IMG/VR virus record: IMGVR_UViG_3300032327_000093
Location: 5,215-69,214 of that record
Length of the DNA stretch: 64,000 nt
Direction: 5' to 3' (one strand)
Source: a virus
Taxonomy: Duplodnaviria > Heunggongvirae > Uroviricota > Caudoviricetes
A program made the translations under genes and the position numbers. The notes below the pieces were generated by a model, which had not been told where the DNA came from, ran no database searches, and worked only from the letters and a program-made list of their open reading frames with translations. Each line of letters begins with the position of its first letter. The stretch's first letter is position 1. Below, in pieces: positions 27,922 to 36,405 of this stretch.

Positions 27922-28913
27922 AATACGCACTTATCGATACCGCAAATACTTTCTTTCGTGCCCGTCACATTGCATCACGCAATAGTACAGTGGACGAGAA
28001 GATTGGAATGGCAATACATCTTACTATGGCTAGCACTAATCAGATAGTCCGTAAGTTTGGCATCGATCATGTGGTGTTCTGCTTAGAAGGTAAATCGTGG
28101 AGGAAGTCGTATTACACTCCGTACAAGAAAAATCGTGTAGTGGATACAATGTCTCAGACAGAGGCTGAAGTAGAAGAAAATACCATGTTTTGGCAAACGT
28201 ATGATAGTTTCACAACCTATCTCAAAGAGAAAACAAACACTAGTGTCCTGCGTGATCCTAAGGCTGAGGCTGATGACTTGATTGCACGTTTCATTCACTT
28301 GCATCCTGAGGATGAAATTTTTATCATCAGTTCGGACACAGATTTCGTACAATTAATTTCACCAAAAGTAAAGCAGTATAACGGTGTCAGTGGGGAACTA
28401 ATCACACTTGAAGGTTATTTCAATGACAAGGGTAAGCAGGTCCTAGACAAGGAAAAGAATCCTAAACTACTTGAGGATCCACAGTATTTGCTTTTTAAGA
28501 AATGTATGCGTGGTGACGCAACCGACAACGTATTCAGTGCTTTTCCCGGTGTGCGTGAAAAGGGCACACAAAAGAAAGCAGGATTGATTGAGGCTTATGC
28601 TGACCGTAACAAACAAGGCTTTGATTGGAACAATATGATGTTGCAACGGTGGACCGATCACGAAGGTGTTGAGGTCCGTGTGCGTGACGCATATGAACGT
28701 AATCGGGTATTGATTGACTTGACAGCACAGCCCGATGATGTTAAACTATCAGTAGATACAAACATTCGTGAGGGTGTGCGTACAACTACTATTCCTCAAG
28801 TTGGTATTCACTTGATGAAGTTTTGTGGTAAGTATGAATTGAACAAAATTGCAGAGAATGCAGAAACTTATGCAAAATGGCTTAACAGCCCTTATGTAGG
28901 TGTACTAGCATGA
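27918..28913 (+). CDS. 5'-3' exonuclease / flap endonuclease (T4 RNase H / FEN family)
   Basis: MKYALIDTANTFFRARH start and FCLEGKSWRKSYYTPYKKNR are typical of the phage FEN N-terminal domain; start chosen at ATG 27918 with RBS (ORF track 27840). Confidence 0.65.
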   Translation: MKYALIDTANTFFRARHIASRNSTVDEKIGMAIHLTMASTNQIVRKFGIDHVVFCLEGKSWRKSYYTPYKKNRVVDTMSQTEAEVEENTMFWQTYDSFTTYLKEKTNTSVLRDPKAEADDLIARFIHLHPEDEIFIISSDTDFVQLISPKVKQYNGVSGELITLEGYFNDKGKQVLDKEKNPKLLEDPQYLLFKKCMRGDATDNVFSAFPGVREKGTQKKAGLIEAYADRNKQGFDWNNMMLQRWTDHEGVEVRVRDAYERNRVLIDLTAQPDDVKLSVDTNIREGVRTTTIPQVGIHLMKFCGKYELNKIAENAETYAKWLNSPYVGVLA

Positions 28914-29065
28914 AATATATTTTGGTTATATGTTGTTTACTATTGCATGGTTGTGCAGTGGTAGCAGTTGCTGACGCAGGTGTTACTGTGGTAGCAACAG
29001 GAGTGAAAGTTACAGCAAAGGCAGTGGGTGCAGTTGCAGATGCGATTATACCCGGGAAGAAATGA
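28910..29065 (+). CDS. small lipoprotein (51 aa; lipobox LLHG-C) with Gly/Ala/Val-rich mature part, entericidin-like
   Basis: MKYILVICCLLLHGCAVVAVADAG...; ATGA overlap with both neighbours; not in the ORF track (<60 aa). Confidence 0.45.
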   Translation: MKYILVICCLLLHGCAVVAVADAGVTVVATGVKVTAKAVGAVADAIIPGKK

Positions 29066-29304
29066 TTGAGAAAAGAATTCAGGAACATAAAAAAGCCGCT
29101 GAACAATATGTAAAGGATAATTTTCCTAAATTAAAACCTACCTATAAAAGTTACCAAACTAAGGTTGATAATAAGTTTGCACAGTTGATAGTTAATGATT
29201 GTTGTACTATAATTACACAGGCTTCTACATTTAGTGCGTTACCAACACAGTATATAAAATCTATTAGAGAAATGTTTGACTTTGAAGATGAAAGTAACTT
29301 ATAA
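29062..29304 (+). CDS. small protein of the KFAQLIVxEC paralog family
   Basis: DNKFAQLIVNDCCTI motif shared with 29526, 32564 and 33512. Confidence 0.45.
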   Translation: MIEKRIQEHKKAAEQYVKDNFPKLKPTYKSYQTKVDNKFAQLIVNDCCTIITQASTFSALPTQYIKSIREMFDFEDESNL

Positions 29305-29533
29305 ACACACCGTGCCAAGGTTTCGTATTAAATCAATACGATTTGGTGAGCCAGGCTTCATTATGAATGATGAAAATGGTTTCAGTATTATACCCAGAGG
29401 TAGTTTAGAAATCAGTAAAGAATGTCCTGAAAATTATAGAAAGATTTTACTTGAATGTATTAACAAATGCTGGTTAATACCAGTCGTGCATATGAAAGAG
29501 TCTGAATGGATTTGGGATAAGCTAGGTGAATAA
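29276..29533 (+). CDS. hypothetical small protein (start uncertain)
   Basis: ORF overlapping its upstream neighbour. Confidence 0.3.
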   Translation: MTLKMKVTYKHTVPRFRIKSIRFGEPGFIMNDENGFSIIPRGSLEISKECPENYRKILLECINKCWLIPVVHMKESEWIWDKLGE

Positions 29534-29720
29534 CATGAATAATAGAGTAAGAGAACTAATCAAACTACATGGAAGTGATTCTAGTGGTAAGTGGGTAGCA
29601 GTAGATAAAGTAGAATTGATTGCCGAGTTGATTGTTCAGGAATGTGCTGATATTGCTGATAAAGCAGAACCATACAAGTCCAACGATTTGATTAGAAAAC
29701 ATTTCGGAGTTGAAGAATGA
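29526..29720 (+). CDS. small protein, KFAQLIV-family variant (AELIVQECADI) ending in HFGVEE
   Basis: C-terminal ...RKHFGVEE*; the junction cassette links it to the next gene. Confidence 0.45.
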   Translation: MNNMNNRVRELIKLHGSDSSGKWVAVDKVELIAELIVQECADIADKAEPYKSNDLIRKHFGVEE

Positions 29721-29962
29721 TATTTGATTTTTTTAATAAAGATAAATCTAACGGCAATGTGCTTCCATTTCCTGGTACTTATGTTGAACCAGCTAAGCCA
29801 GTGAAAGAGCCTGAACCTAAAACATTATATTCTTTTGGTGTTACTGATGATAACCGCTTGACATTTACAATGGGATATACTACACTTACAATGAATGAAG
29901 TTGGTGTACAGCAGTTAATCGACCAACTAGAATTTTTCAAGAATCAATTGAGTAAAGAATGA
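29717..29962 (+). CDS. hypothetical small protein
   Basis: ORF starts in the conserved gaagaATGA junction. Confidence 0.4.
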   Translation: MIFDFFNKDKSNGNVLPFPGTYVEPAKPVKEPEPKTLYSFGVTDDNRLTFTMGYTTLTMNEVGVQQLIDQLEFFKNQLSKE

Positions 29963-30243
29963 AATTAAAAATTTGTGGTATAACATACGAAGTATTGTAT
30001 AAGACACCTGAGGAAATGCAAGGTAATATTGGTCTTGCACTATTCAATAGTCAAGAGATTTGGATCAATGATACCTTTACTGAGCAGACTAAAAAGATTG
30101 CATTGTGGCATGAAGTGTTACATATTCTAGACCATGCATACAATCTAAAGATGACAGAAGAACAAGTTAAGTTTCAAACACATGCATTGATTGCATTAGT
30201 AGAAGATAACCCGGAGGTATTTAGTAATGGCACAGCACGGTAG
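29959..30243 (+). CDS. small HExxH protein (WHEVLHILDH; ImmA/IrrE-like metallopeptidase motif?)
   Basis: ORF with HEVLH. Confidence 0.3.
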   Translation: MKLKICGITYEVLYKTPEEMQGNIGLALFNSQEIWINDTFTEQTKKIALWHEVLHILDHAYNLKMTEEQVKFQTHALIALVEDNPEVFSNGTAR

Positions 30244-31066
30244 ATATTGGAGTTGCACCCCTTTTGCTGATTGGGTTCGCGGCACACCTAAGGGTGGCGC
30301 AAAGACCAGTGAAGATTGGGATGATTGGCGGGACAAAGCCAAAGGCTATAACCCTGTTCGTTATTGGATTGCCGAAGAAGGTCTTAGCCACTTACAAGAT
30401 TTTGTAACTTATCCTATTAGAAAGATATACGATGTCAAGTATTACATTAATAATCGTTATGTTACTCGCACTCATGCTCTTACCGCCCATCCTCGTGATA
30501 TTAAGCCTGGCTCTTGGAGTGATGTTGGCAGTCGCTTCCTTCCATGCTTATTTAATGAGTTGGTTGATTTTGTCGAAATCGAACAAGCCTGGAGCCACAT
30601 TGCGTGGGGAAACAAGGAAGATCGTGCTAAATATGATCCTCCTTTCTGGGCTAGTGGTTGGTGGCGTTGGCGCACTTGGCGTTGCAGTCAAGCAGGTCTC
30701 GATCATCTTGACTGGGCAATGACTCTTACTGATGTTGAATGGTTGGATGAAGATAAAAAGCATTTAGCAAAACCAACTAATCAAGCATTAGTTGCCAAAG
30801 AGATTAAAGAACTTTACACATGGTGGACAGTTACATATCGCAATCGTCCAGACCCATATGACGCAAGTGGTTGGAGTGACTACTGTGATAGTTTGCGTAG
30901 TAAGTTTGGCGATAACTGGATTGGCAAAAGTTCAAAAGAACCTAATGATGTTATATTGCGTGAAAAGGCTCATAAGTTGTTAGACGAGATTGAAAAAGCC
31001 TACGAAAAAGAAGATGAAGAAATGATGATTCGTTTGATTAAAATTCGTGATAGTTTGTGGACATGA
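30227..31066 (+). CDS. hypothetical Trp-rich protein (279 aa)
   Basis: ORF; many W residues (WWRWRTWRC). Confidence 0.4.
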   Translation: MAQHGRYWSCTPFADWVRGTPKGGAKTSEDWDDWRDKAKGYNPVRYWIAEEGLSHLQDFVTYPIRKIYDVKYYINNRYVTRTHALTAHPRDIKPGSWSDVGSRFLPCLFNELVDFVEIEQAWSHIAWGNKEDRAKYDPPFWASGWWRWRTWRCSQAGLDHLDWAMTLTDVEWLDEDKKHLAKPTNQALVAKEIKELYTWWTVTYRNRPDPYDASGWSDYCDSLRSKFGDNWIGKSSKEPNDVILREKAHKLLDEIEKAYEKEDEEMMIRLIKIRDSLWT

Positions 31067-31514
31067 TATGAAAAAGATTTATTATGAAAAGGTAGGCAAG
31101 AGGTATGTACCCGTTGCTGAATATGATAGTGACTACTTAGATAGTTTTCCCAAAGGCAGCACTTTAGTGATGTGCTATCCAGGTGGGCAAAGTCGTAGGT
31201 TTAATATCGATCCTGATTATGCAGCATTGATTGCTGCTGCCCGTGTAGCCGAAGATGCTATGATTCAAGCTATGACCAAAGCTAGTGAATTGAAACCTAA
31301 ACACACTCCTATCACTGAAGGTCAGCGTAGGGCTTGGGCGAACCTGGCTAAAGAGTTTGGAGAGGAGATTGCTACACTGAATGGAGCCAGTTCATACGAT
31401 ATCACTCAAGCAGGACTGAAGGCATTGAAAGATGAAGCCGCTAAACTATTGACTAACCCTGCTGTCAAAAAAGCCTATGAGCATTTTTTACTTGTCGCTG
31501 AACTGACTAAGTAA
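31047..31514 (+). CDS. hypothetical protein
   Basis: ORF. Confidence 0.35.
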   Translation: MIVCGHDMKKIYYEKVGKRYVPVAEYDSDYLDSFPKGSTLVMCYPGGQSRRFNIDPDYAALIAAARVAEDAMIQAMTKASELKPKHTPITEGQRRAWANLAKEFGEEIATLNGASSYDITQAGLKALKDEAAKLLTNPAVKKAYEHFLLVAELTK

Positions 31515-31579
31515 TATCCAAAACAATAGACAACTATTGTATTTTCTGTTATACTGTATTTTTTTAACAAAGGACTTTT

Positions 31580-32437
31580 ATGTTTACAATTCTCGTGGGT
31601 GTTATCGTAGGTTTGCTAGTAGCAGGTGCTATTAGTTTTATGTCAGAATTCAAAAAGATTGCGTTGGGTTTACTTATAGGTCTAGCAATTATTCTCATAT
31701 CAATTGGAATTTCAGCATTTACTGTGATTAGTGGAGGCCATATCGGTGTCCAAGTAACACTTGGTGAGGTTAACTTAACCCCATTGACTGAAGGTAGCCA
31801 TTGGGTTAACCCAATTAGTCAAATTAAAGATGTCGAGGTGCGACTACAGAAGGCAGAACTCAAAGGTGCCAATGCAGGTACCAAAGACTTGCAGGTTGTA
31901 CATACTGATATCGTAGTGAACTATCGTCTTGACCCACTCAAAGTACCACACATCTATAAAGAGTTTGGTCTTAATGTAGATGAAAAGGTTCTTGGCCCTG
32001 GCATCAACGAAGCGTTCAAGAGTGTGACAGGTCACTACACCAGTGAAGAACTTATCACCAAACGTGACTTGGTCAGTGCAGAAATTCTACAGCACTTGGT
32101 AGAAAAGATGGCTCCGTTCAATATCACAGTAAGCAATATCAGCTTGGTGAACTTTGGATTCAGTCCTGAATATCAAAAGGCTATTGAGGCTAAAGTTATC
32201 TCTGTACAACAAACTGCTAAGGCTCAACAAGACCTAGAGCGTATCAAGGTTGAGGCTGCAAGTCGTATCGCACAGGCAGATGGTGAAGCTAAAGCTATTG
32301 CGATTCAAGCGGCTGCTATTCAAAGTAATGGTGGTGAGAACTATGTCAAGTTGCAGTGGATTGAAAAGTGGAATGGTGCATTGCCTAGCACAATGCTTGG
32401 TGGTGACACAAAGACATTGATGAACATCGGTAAGTAA
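31580..32437 (+). CDS. SPFH/band-7 (prohibitin/HflK-C-like) membrane protein
   Basis: N-terminal TM helices, then a band-7 core (VNYRLDPLKV...ISLVNFGFSPEYQKAIEAK...) and a coiled-coil A/Q-rich tail. Confidence 0.7.
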   Translation: MFTILVGVIVGLLVAGAISFMSEFKKIALGLLIGLAIILISIGISAFTVISGGHIGVQVTLGEVNLTPLTEGSHWVNPISQIKDVEVRLQKAELKGANAGTKDLQVVHTDIVVNYRLDPLKVPHIYKEFGLNVDEKVLGPGINEAFKSVTGHYTSEELITKRDLVSAEILQHLVEKMAPFNITVSNISLVNFGFSPEYQKAIEAKVISVQQTAKAQQDLERIKVEAASRIAQADGEAKAIAIQAAAIQSNGGENYVKLQWIEKWNGALPSTMLGGDTKTLMNIGK

Positions 32438-32563
32438 AGGATTGACTGTGCGTAAGTATATCACTAACAAATTCAATAGTGTATTTCTTCCTTACGAAGA
32501 AGGTATGATTGAATGGCTTAATGAAAATTACCCGCACAGTCAATATCGCATAGTGGAGGTAGC

Positions 32564-32833
32564 ATGAACGAACGAATTAAAGAACTTGCCGAACAGGCTT
32601 TTTTTGATGAATCAACATCACGACCTAGCACCAAGATGTATACTTTTTCTGAACATAAAATGGAAAAGTTCGCCCAGTTGATTGTCAAGGAATGCTTGAA
32701 TCAAGTAAGAGAACAATATCTGCCCGTGCTAGAAGATGAACTTATGATGAAGGACACGCATTGGGATGGTTATGTACAGTGCGGGGTTGATAGTTATGTA
32801 GCGATTAAAGAACATTTCGGAGTTGAAGAATGA
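32564..32833 (+). CDS. small protein, KFAQLIV family, ending in EHFGVEE
   Basis: MNERIKELAEQA...KFAQLIVKEC...IKEHFGVEE*. Confidence 0.45.
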   Translation: MNERIKELAEQAFFDESTSRPSTKMYTFSEHKMEKFAQLIVKECLNQVREQYLPVLEDELMMKDTHWDGYVQCGVDSYVAIKEHFGVEE

Positions 32834-33003
32834 AACTGTCGGTTGTGGTTGAGCAAGATGGAAAAAGTAAAACAATCTGCACTTGGGAACACGAACATTG
32901 TGTTCTAACAGGCAAGGTCAAAGATGTCACCGAAGAGGTATTAACGGAGATTAACCGTAGGATTAAAGAACATTTCGGAGGGAAGAATGAACAAAAACAT
33001 TGA
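32830..33003 (+). CDS. small protein (57 aa) ending in KEHFGGKNEQKH (frameshifted copy of the EHFGVEE junction)
   Basis: Not in the ORF track (<60 aa); starts in the junction ATGA at 32830. Confidence 0.35.
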   Translation: MKLSVVVEQDGKSKTICTWEHEHCVLTGKVKDVTEEVLTEINRRIKEHFGGKNEQKH

Positions 33004-33172
33004 AGCATTTGTTCAAGGATACTTGTTCTTTGATGTTAATGGCAAAAGATTCCTATTATATCATAGTGCAGTTTCTTATAGGAAAACAATAGATGGAAAT
33101 TTGTTATTCAAAGGATGGCACATATATAAAGGATGGCAAGGTTTTTTTGAAAGATTTGGAGTTGAAGAATGA
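32987..33172 (+). CDS. small protein ending in ERFGVEE
   Basis: ORF; the junction cassette at its 3' end. Confidence 0.4.
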   Translation: MNKNIEAFVQGYLFFDVNGKRFLLYHSAVSYRKTIDGNLLFKGWHIYKGWQGFFERFGVEE

Positions 33173-33405
33173 GTTATAGTGACCTAAAGTCAGACGGAGG
33201 AATGGATCCGCGTGAGCGAGAACTTATTGGGTATATTGAGCGTGAAACAGGGTTTGACCCCTTGTATGCGCCACCAAAAGGTAGTATAGTCACACATGCG
33301 TTTATACAATGTAAGTATTGCAACTGTCCCATCTATCATTGTATGGGCCCACGGTCGGATGCGGTATGTTTGATGTGCCATGAAATTGAGACTGAAGGAA
33401 AATGA
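33169..33405 (+). CDS. small Cys-rich zinc-finger-like protein
   Basis: CKYCNCPIYHC...CLMCHE. Confidence 0.4.
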   Translation: MSYSDLKSDGGMDPRERELIGYIERETGFDPLYAPPKGSIVTHAFIQCKYCNCPIYHCMGPRSDAVCLMCHEIETEGK

Positions 33406-33511
33406 ACGATATTATTCCATTCGGTCATCCTTACTGGTATCATCTATATCGTAGAGAGATGGAAATCCACATAACAATAGCCATTCGTAACAAACTTAAA
33501 TTTAGCCTAAT

Positions 33512-33766
33512 ATGAACGAACGAATCCGACTACTTGCCGAACAGGCTGAAATTTTGATTACTGAAGTAGGAGCATTTCATAATACTCCGCAAGGTGCTTA
33601 TCAATTAAAAGAACAGCATATGAAAAAGTTCGCCCAGTTGATTGTTCGGGAATGTATTGAGATAGTTGAATACAAAGGTCGCAAGGTTGGGACAAAACAT
33701 CCAGTTGGGTTCAATCTCATGGATGCTGCATGGGATATAAAAGAACATTTCGGAGTTGAAGAATGA
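33512..33766 (+). CDS. small protein, KFAQLIV family, ending in EHFGVEE
   Basis: MNERIRLLAEQA...KFAQLIVREC...IKEHFGVEE*. Confidence 0.45.
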   Translation: MNERIRLLAEQAEILITEVGAFHNTPQGAYQLKEQHMKKFAQLIVRECIEIVEYKGRKVGTKHPVGFNLMDAAWDIKEHFGVEE

Positions 33767-33975
33767 GAATCATACTACTGAGTTTGTTGTTGGTAGGGTG
33801 TGCTGGTGCTATGTCACCTGAAGAACAAAAGCATGTAAAATACTGTGCTAGCCAAAGGTTATATGCAGCTAGAGTAGATGATAAACTAGTCTGTCGTAAA
33901 ATACTTACTATAGAAAATGACCAAATGGTAATTGTTCACGCATCTATAAAAGAATATTTTAAGGTGAAAGAATGA
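33763..33975 (+). CDS. small lipoprotein (lipobox LLVG-C) ending in KEYFKVKE (degenerate junction)
   Basis: MRIILLSLLLVGCAGA... Confidence 0.45.
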   Translation: MRIILLSLLLVGCAGAMSPEEQKHVKYCASQRLYAARVDDKLVCRKILTIENDQMVIVHASIKEYFKVKE

Positions 33976-34196
33976 TAGAAATCTTCATACCTGTACTATT
34001 TATATGCATGAATGGTCATTGCGATTTCATGCAGGCTCAGGCTTTTTATAAATCTGAGGCACAATGCAGAGTATCTATCGATAATCAAAAAGCACACATG
34101 CTTGAAGTTGCTGAACAGGCTGGTCAAGGCAAGTATACTATATTAGAAGGCACTTGCATCAATGCTAAAGTCGAAGATCCTAGGAACAAAGCATGA
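33972..34196 (+). CDS. hypothetical small Cys-containing protein
   Basis: ORF. Confidence 0.35.
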   Translation: MIEIFIPVLFICMNGHCDFMQAQAFYKSEAQCRVSIDNQKAHMLEVAEQAGQGKYTILEGTCINAKVEDPRNKA

Positions 34197-34373
34197 TTAG
34201 TCTAATACTATTAAAGGTTGAGAAATGAAAATGCAAATCACTTTCCACAAGCGAACCGGGATCTCGCCAGGGTTCGGAGTGTCTCGTGAGTATTATGGAA
34301 AGGCAGGCACAGTTTATATTTTACGATTGTGGTGGAGTGCTTTGTGTTTAACATTTTATCGGGAGTATAAAAA

Positions 34374-34652
34374 ATGATCAATCTAAACTTTAATATAGCT
34401 AACCCATGGCGAACTGATAAAGTTTGGAATACATTGTGGAGCAAGAGTGGTTCTATCACCAAGAACAAAGCATGGGAGTTTAATGGTTATCGTACTGATC
34501 GTATCATCAATACAGAATTCCATTGGTCATTAAAAGGTGATCATGCAGGCGCTAGATTGGTGTTTGGAGTATTTGGTTATGAAATCGAACTAGAATTCTA
34601 CGACACCCGTCATTGGGATTTTGAAAAAAATACTTGGAAATGTTATAAATGA
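34374..34652 (+). CDS. hypothetical small protein
   Basis: ORF with RBS ggagtataaaaaATG. Confidence 0.35.
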   Translation: MINLNFNIANPWRTDKVWNTLWSKSGSITKNKAWEFNGYRTDRIINTEFHWSLKGDHAGARLVFGVFGYEIELEFYDTRHWDFEKNTWKCYK

Positions 34653-34939
34653 ATCAAGCAGAATATTTTATGAAGAACCGTCATGTGGCTAAATATGAAT
34701 TTGGTCAGCGTATCTTTGGATACTGGAATAATATCCCATTCGTTGGCACAGTTGGTAATGATACTGTAGTCAATGAAAGTTTTGGGCCACAATATAGTAT
34801 ACATTTGGATTTACCGATTCGTTATGCAAATAGTACATATAATGTTATAGTAGACAAACAAAGTAATTTCAAGAAGATTACAAAACTAATAGAAATGGAA
34901 GAAGATGTCAAAACCACTAATCGCAAAACCCGTAGTTAA
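34649..34939 (+). CDS. hypothetical small protein
   Basis: ORF. Confidence 0.35.
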   Translation: MNQAEYFMKNRHVAKYEFGQRIFGYWNNIPFVGTVGNDTVVNESFGPQYSIHLDLPIRYANSTYNVIVDKQSNFKKITKLIEMEEDVKTTNRKTRS

Positions 34940-35363
34940 AAATCAATTCTGGATTGTTACTGATGGTACAGCTAAAGTAGGAAATGTTATTGCCGATGGT
35001 TCTGGCTTTGAGGTAAAACTCAACGGCAACAAAACACATTTCAAAAACACTAGTGCAATTAAAAAACAAACTAGCATAGAGTTTCAACAAACAAAGGTAG
35101 AAAAGACTAAAAAAGAGATACCTTTCAATGAATATCCAACAACAAAGAAGGTCTACAATTCTATGTTGGATATCAAGCGTAAGATACACTTGTTCACTAA
35201 AACAAGTAAAAGCAAGTGCTATCATGCTGCTGGCTGGTATGTCATGTATCAAAGTGAAGAACCTGTTGTAGTTTTTTGCCCTAAATACATTTTTATTCAA
35301 CGATATGAGTATGAAGGCCCATACAAAACTGAGGACGAAGCAAAAAACTTGATAAATATCTGA
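34905..35363 (+). CDS. hypothetical protein
   Basis: ORF. Confidence 0.35.
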   Translation: MSKPLIAKPVVKNQFWIVTDGTAKVGNVIADGSGFEVKLNGNKTHFKNTSAIKKQTSIEFQQTKVEKTKKEIPFNEYPTTKKVYNSMLDIKRKIHLFTKTSKSKCYHAAGWYVMYQSEEPVVVFCPKYIFIQRYEYEGPYKTEDEAKNLINI

Positions 35364-35563
35364 TGTTTCATATAAAAAGATTTATTGATAGAGTAGCCGT
35401 TATCGAAGGTAGACAAGGCAAAGATGTGGTAATTCCATTAACTGACGCTAGAAGTTTGCGTGATGAACTGGCTAAATTATTGATAGATCACTATGAAGTT
35501 ACTGAAGGAAAGAAGAACACTTCCGAAGTTATTGAAGTAGAAGTCATCGGAGGTAAATTTTAA
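35363..35563 (+). CDS. hypothetical small protein
   Basis: ORF. Confidence 0.3.
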   Translation: MFHIKRFIDRVAVIEGRQGKDVVIPLTDARSLRDELAKLLIDHYEVTEGKKNTSEVIEVEVIGGKF

Positions 35564-35856
35564 TGAGTAGAACACAACCGAAAGTATTATTAGAACTTGT
35601 AGATAAAACTACCTATAAGTGCGACCAAATTGTAGAAGCCAGCGGCATATGGGCAGTATTCTACGATAGGCAACCTATCAATCTAAAATCACAACATTAC
35701 TTAGATAACGAAGCGACACCTAAGTATAAGAAAACAAGTTTCAGTAATCCAGGACATGCAAGAAATCTTTGTCGCAAACTAAACAATCAATTTAAGACAG
35801 ATAAGTTTACTGTCGTTTTTATGAACAATGGTACTACTGTGTACCCGGATGAGTGA
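35563..35856 (+). CDS. hypothetical small protein
   Basis: ORF. Confidence 0.3.
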   Translation: MSRTQPKVLLELVDKTTYKCDQIVEASGIWAVFYDRQPINLKSQHYLDNEATPKYKKTSFSNPGHARNLCRKLNNQFKTDKFTVVFMNNGTTVYPDE

Positions 35857-36238
35857 TAGAAAAAAACTAAAATACACTATCACTAGAGCAGTTATGGATC
35901 AACTGCCTAGCAACAACACTCCATTTGAGTCAATCATAAGTGATTGGTGGTTCACCAAATCAGGTGATAGCCTACGCCTTACTCCACAAGGTGATTTTAA
36001 TTTCAGACAAGCACAGATTGAATACTTTGATTTACCAGTCAAAGTAAAGAAAACTAATTGGTATAAATTCTTAATTGAATGCAACAAGAAAATTAAATGT
36101 CCATATTATTTCAGTGTAAATAAGGATGCAGAGTCAAAAGAACCTTTCGTCAGACTGTACGATAGTAAGATAGCAATGATGCTAGCACTATACGGTGATA
36201 TAGAAAGTTATTTAGAATCAGTAAGGATAAGACAATGA
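35828..36238 (+). CDS. hypothetical protein
   Basis: ORF. Confidence 0.35.
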   Translation: MVLLCTRMSDRKKLKYTITRAVMDQLPSNNTPFESIISDWWFTKSGDSLRLTPQGDFNFRQAQIEYFDLPVKVKKTNWYKFLIECNKKIKCPYYFSVNKDAESKEPFVRLYDSKIAMMLALYGDIESYLESVRIRQ

Positions 36239-36405
36239 CCGAAGAAAAGAAAAAGAATCCAATAGCGTTGGCACTAGAAGCCAAAAAGAAAAACGCACTA
36301 TTAAACCCTGGCTTAGGCAAAGCACCTAAGAGTCAAGGTCCTAAAGCAAATAGTAAAGGCTTTGGTGGGGCAAGTGTTACACGCAGAGCGGGTCGCGGTG
36401 GTTAA
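36235..36405 (+). CDS. small basic protein (56 aa; K-rich N-terminus, GRGG C-terminus)
   Basis: Not in the ORF track; ATGA-coupled. Confidence 0.3.
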   Translation: MTEEKKKNPIALALEAKKKNALLNPGLGKAPKSQGPKANSKGFGGASVTRRAGRGG

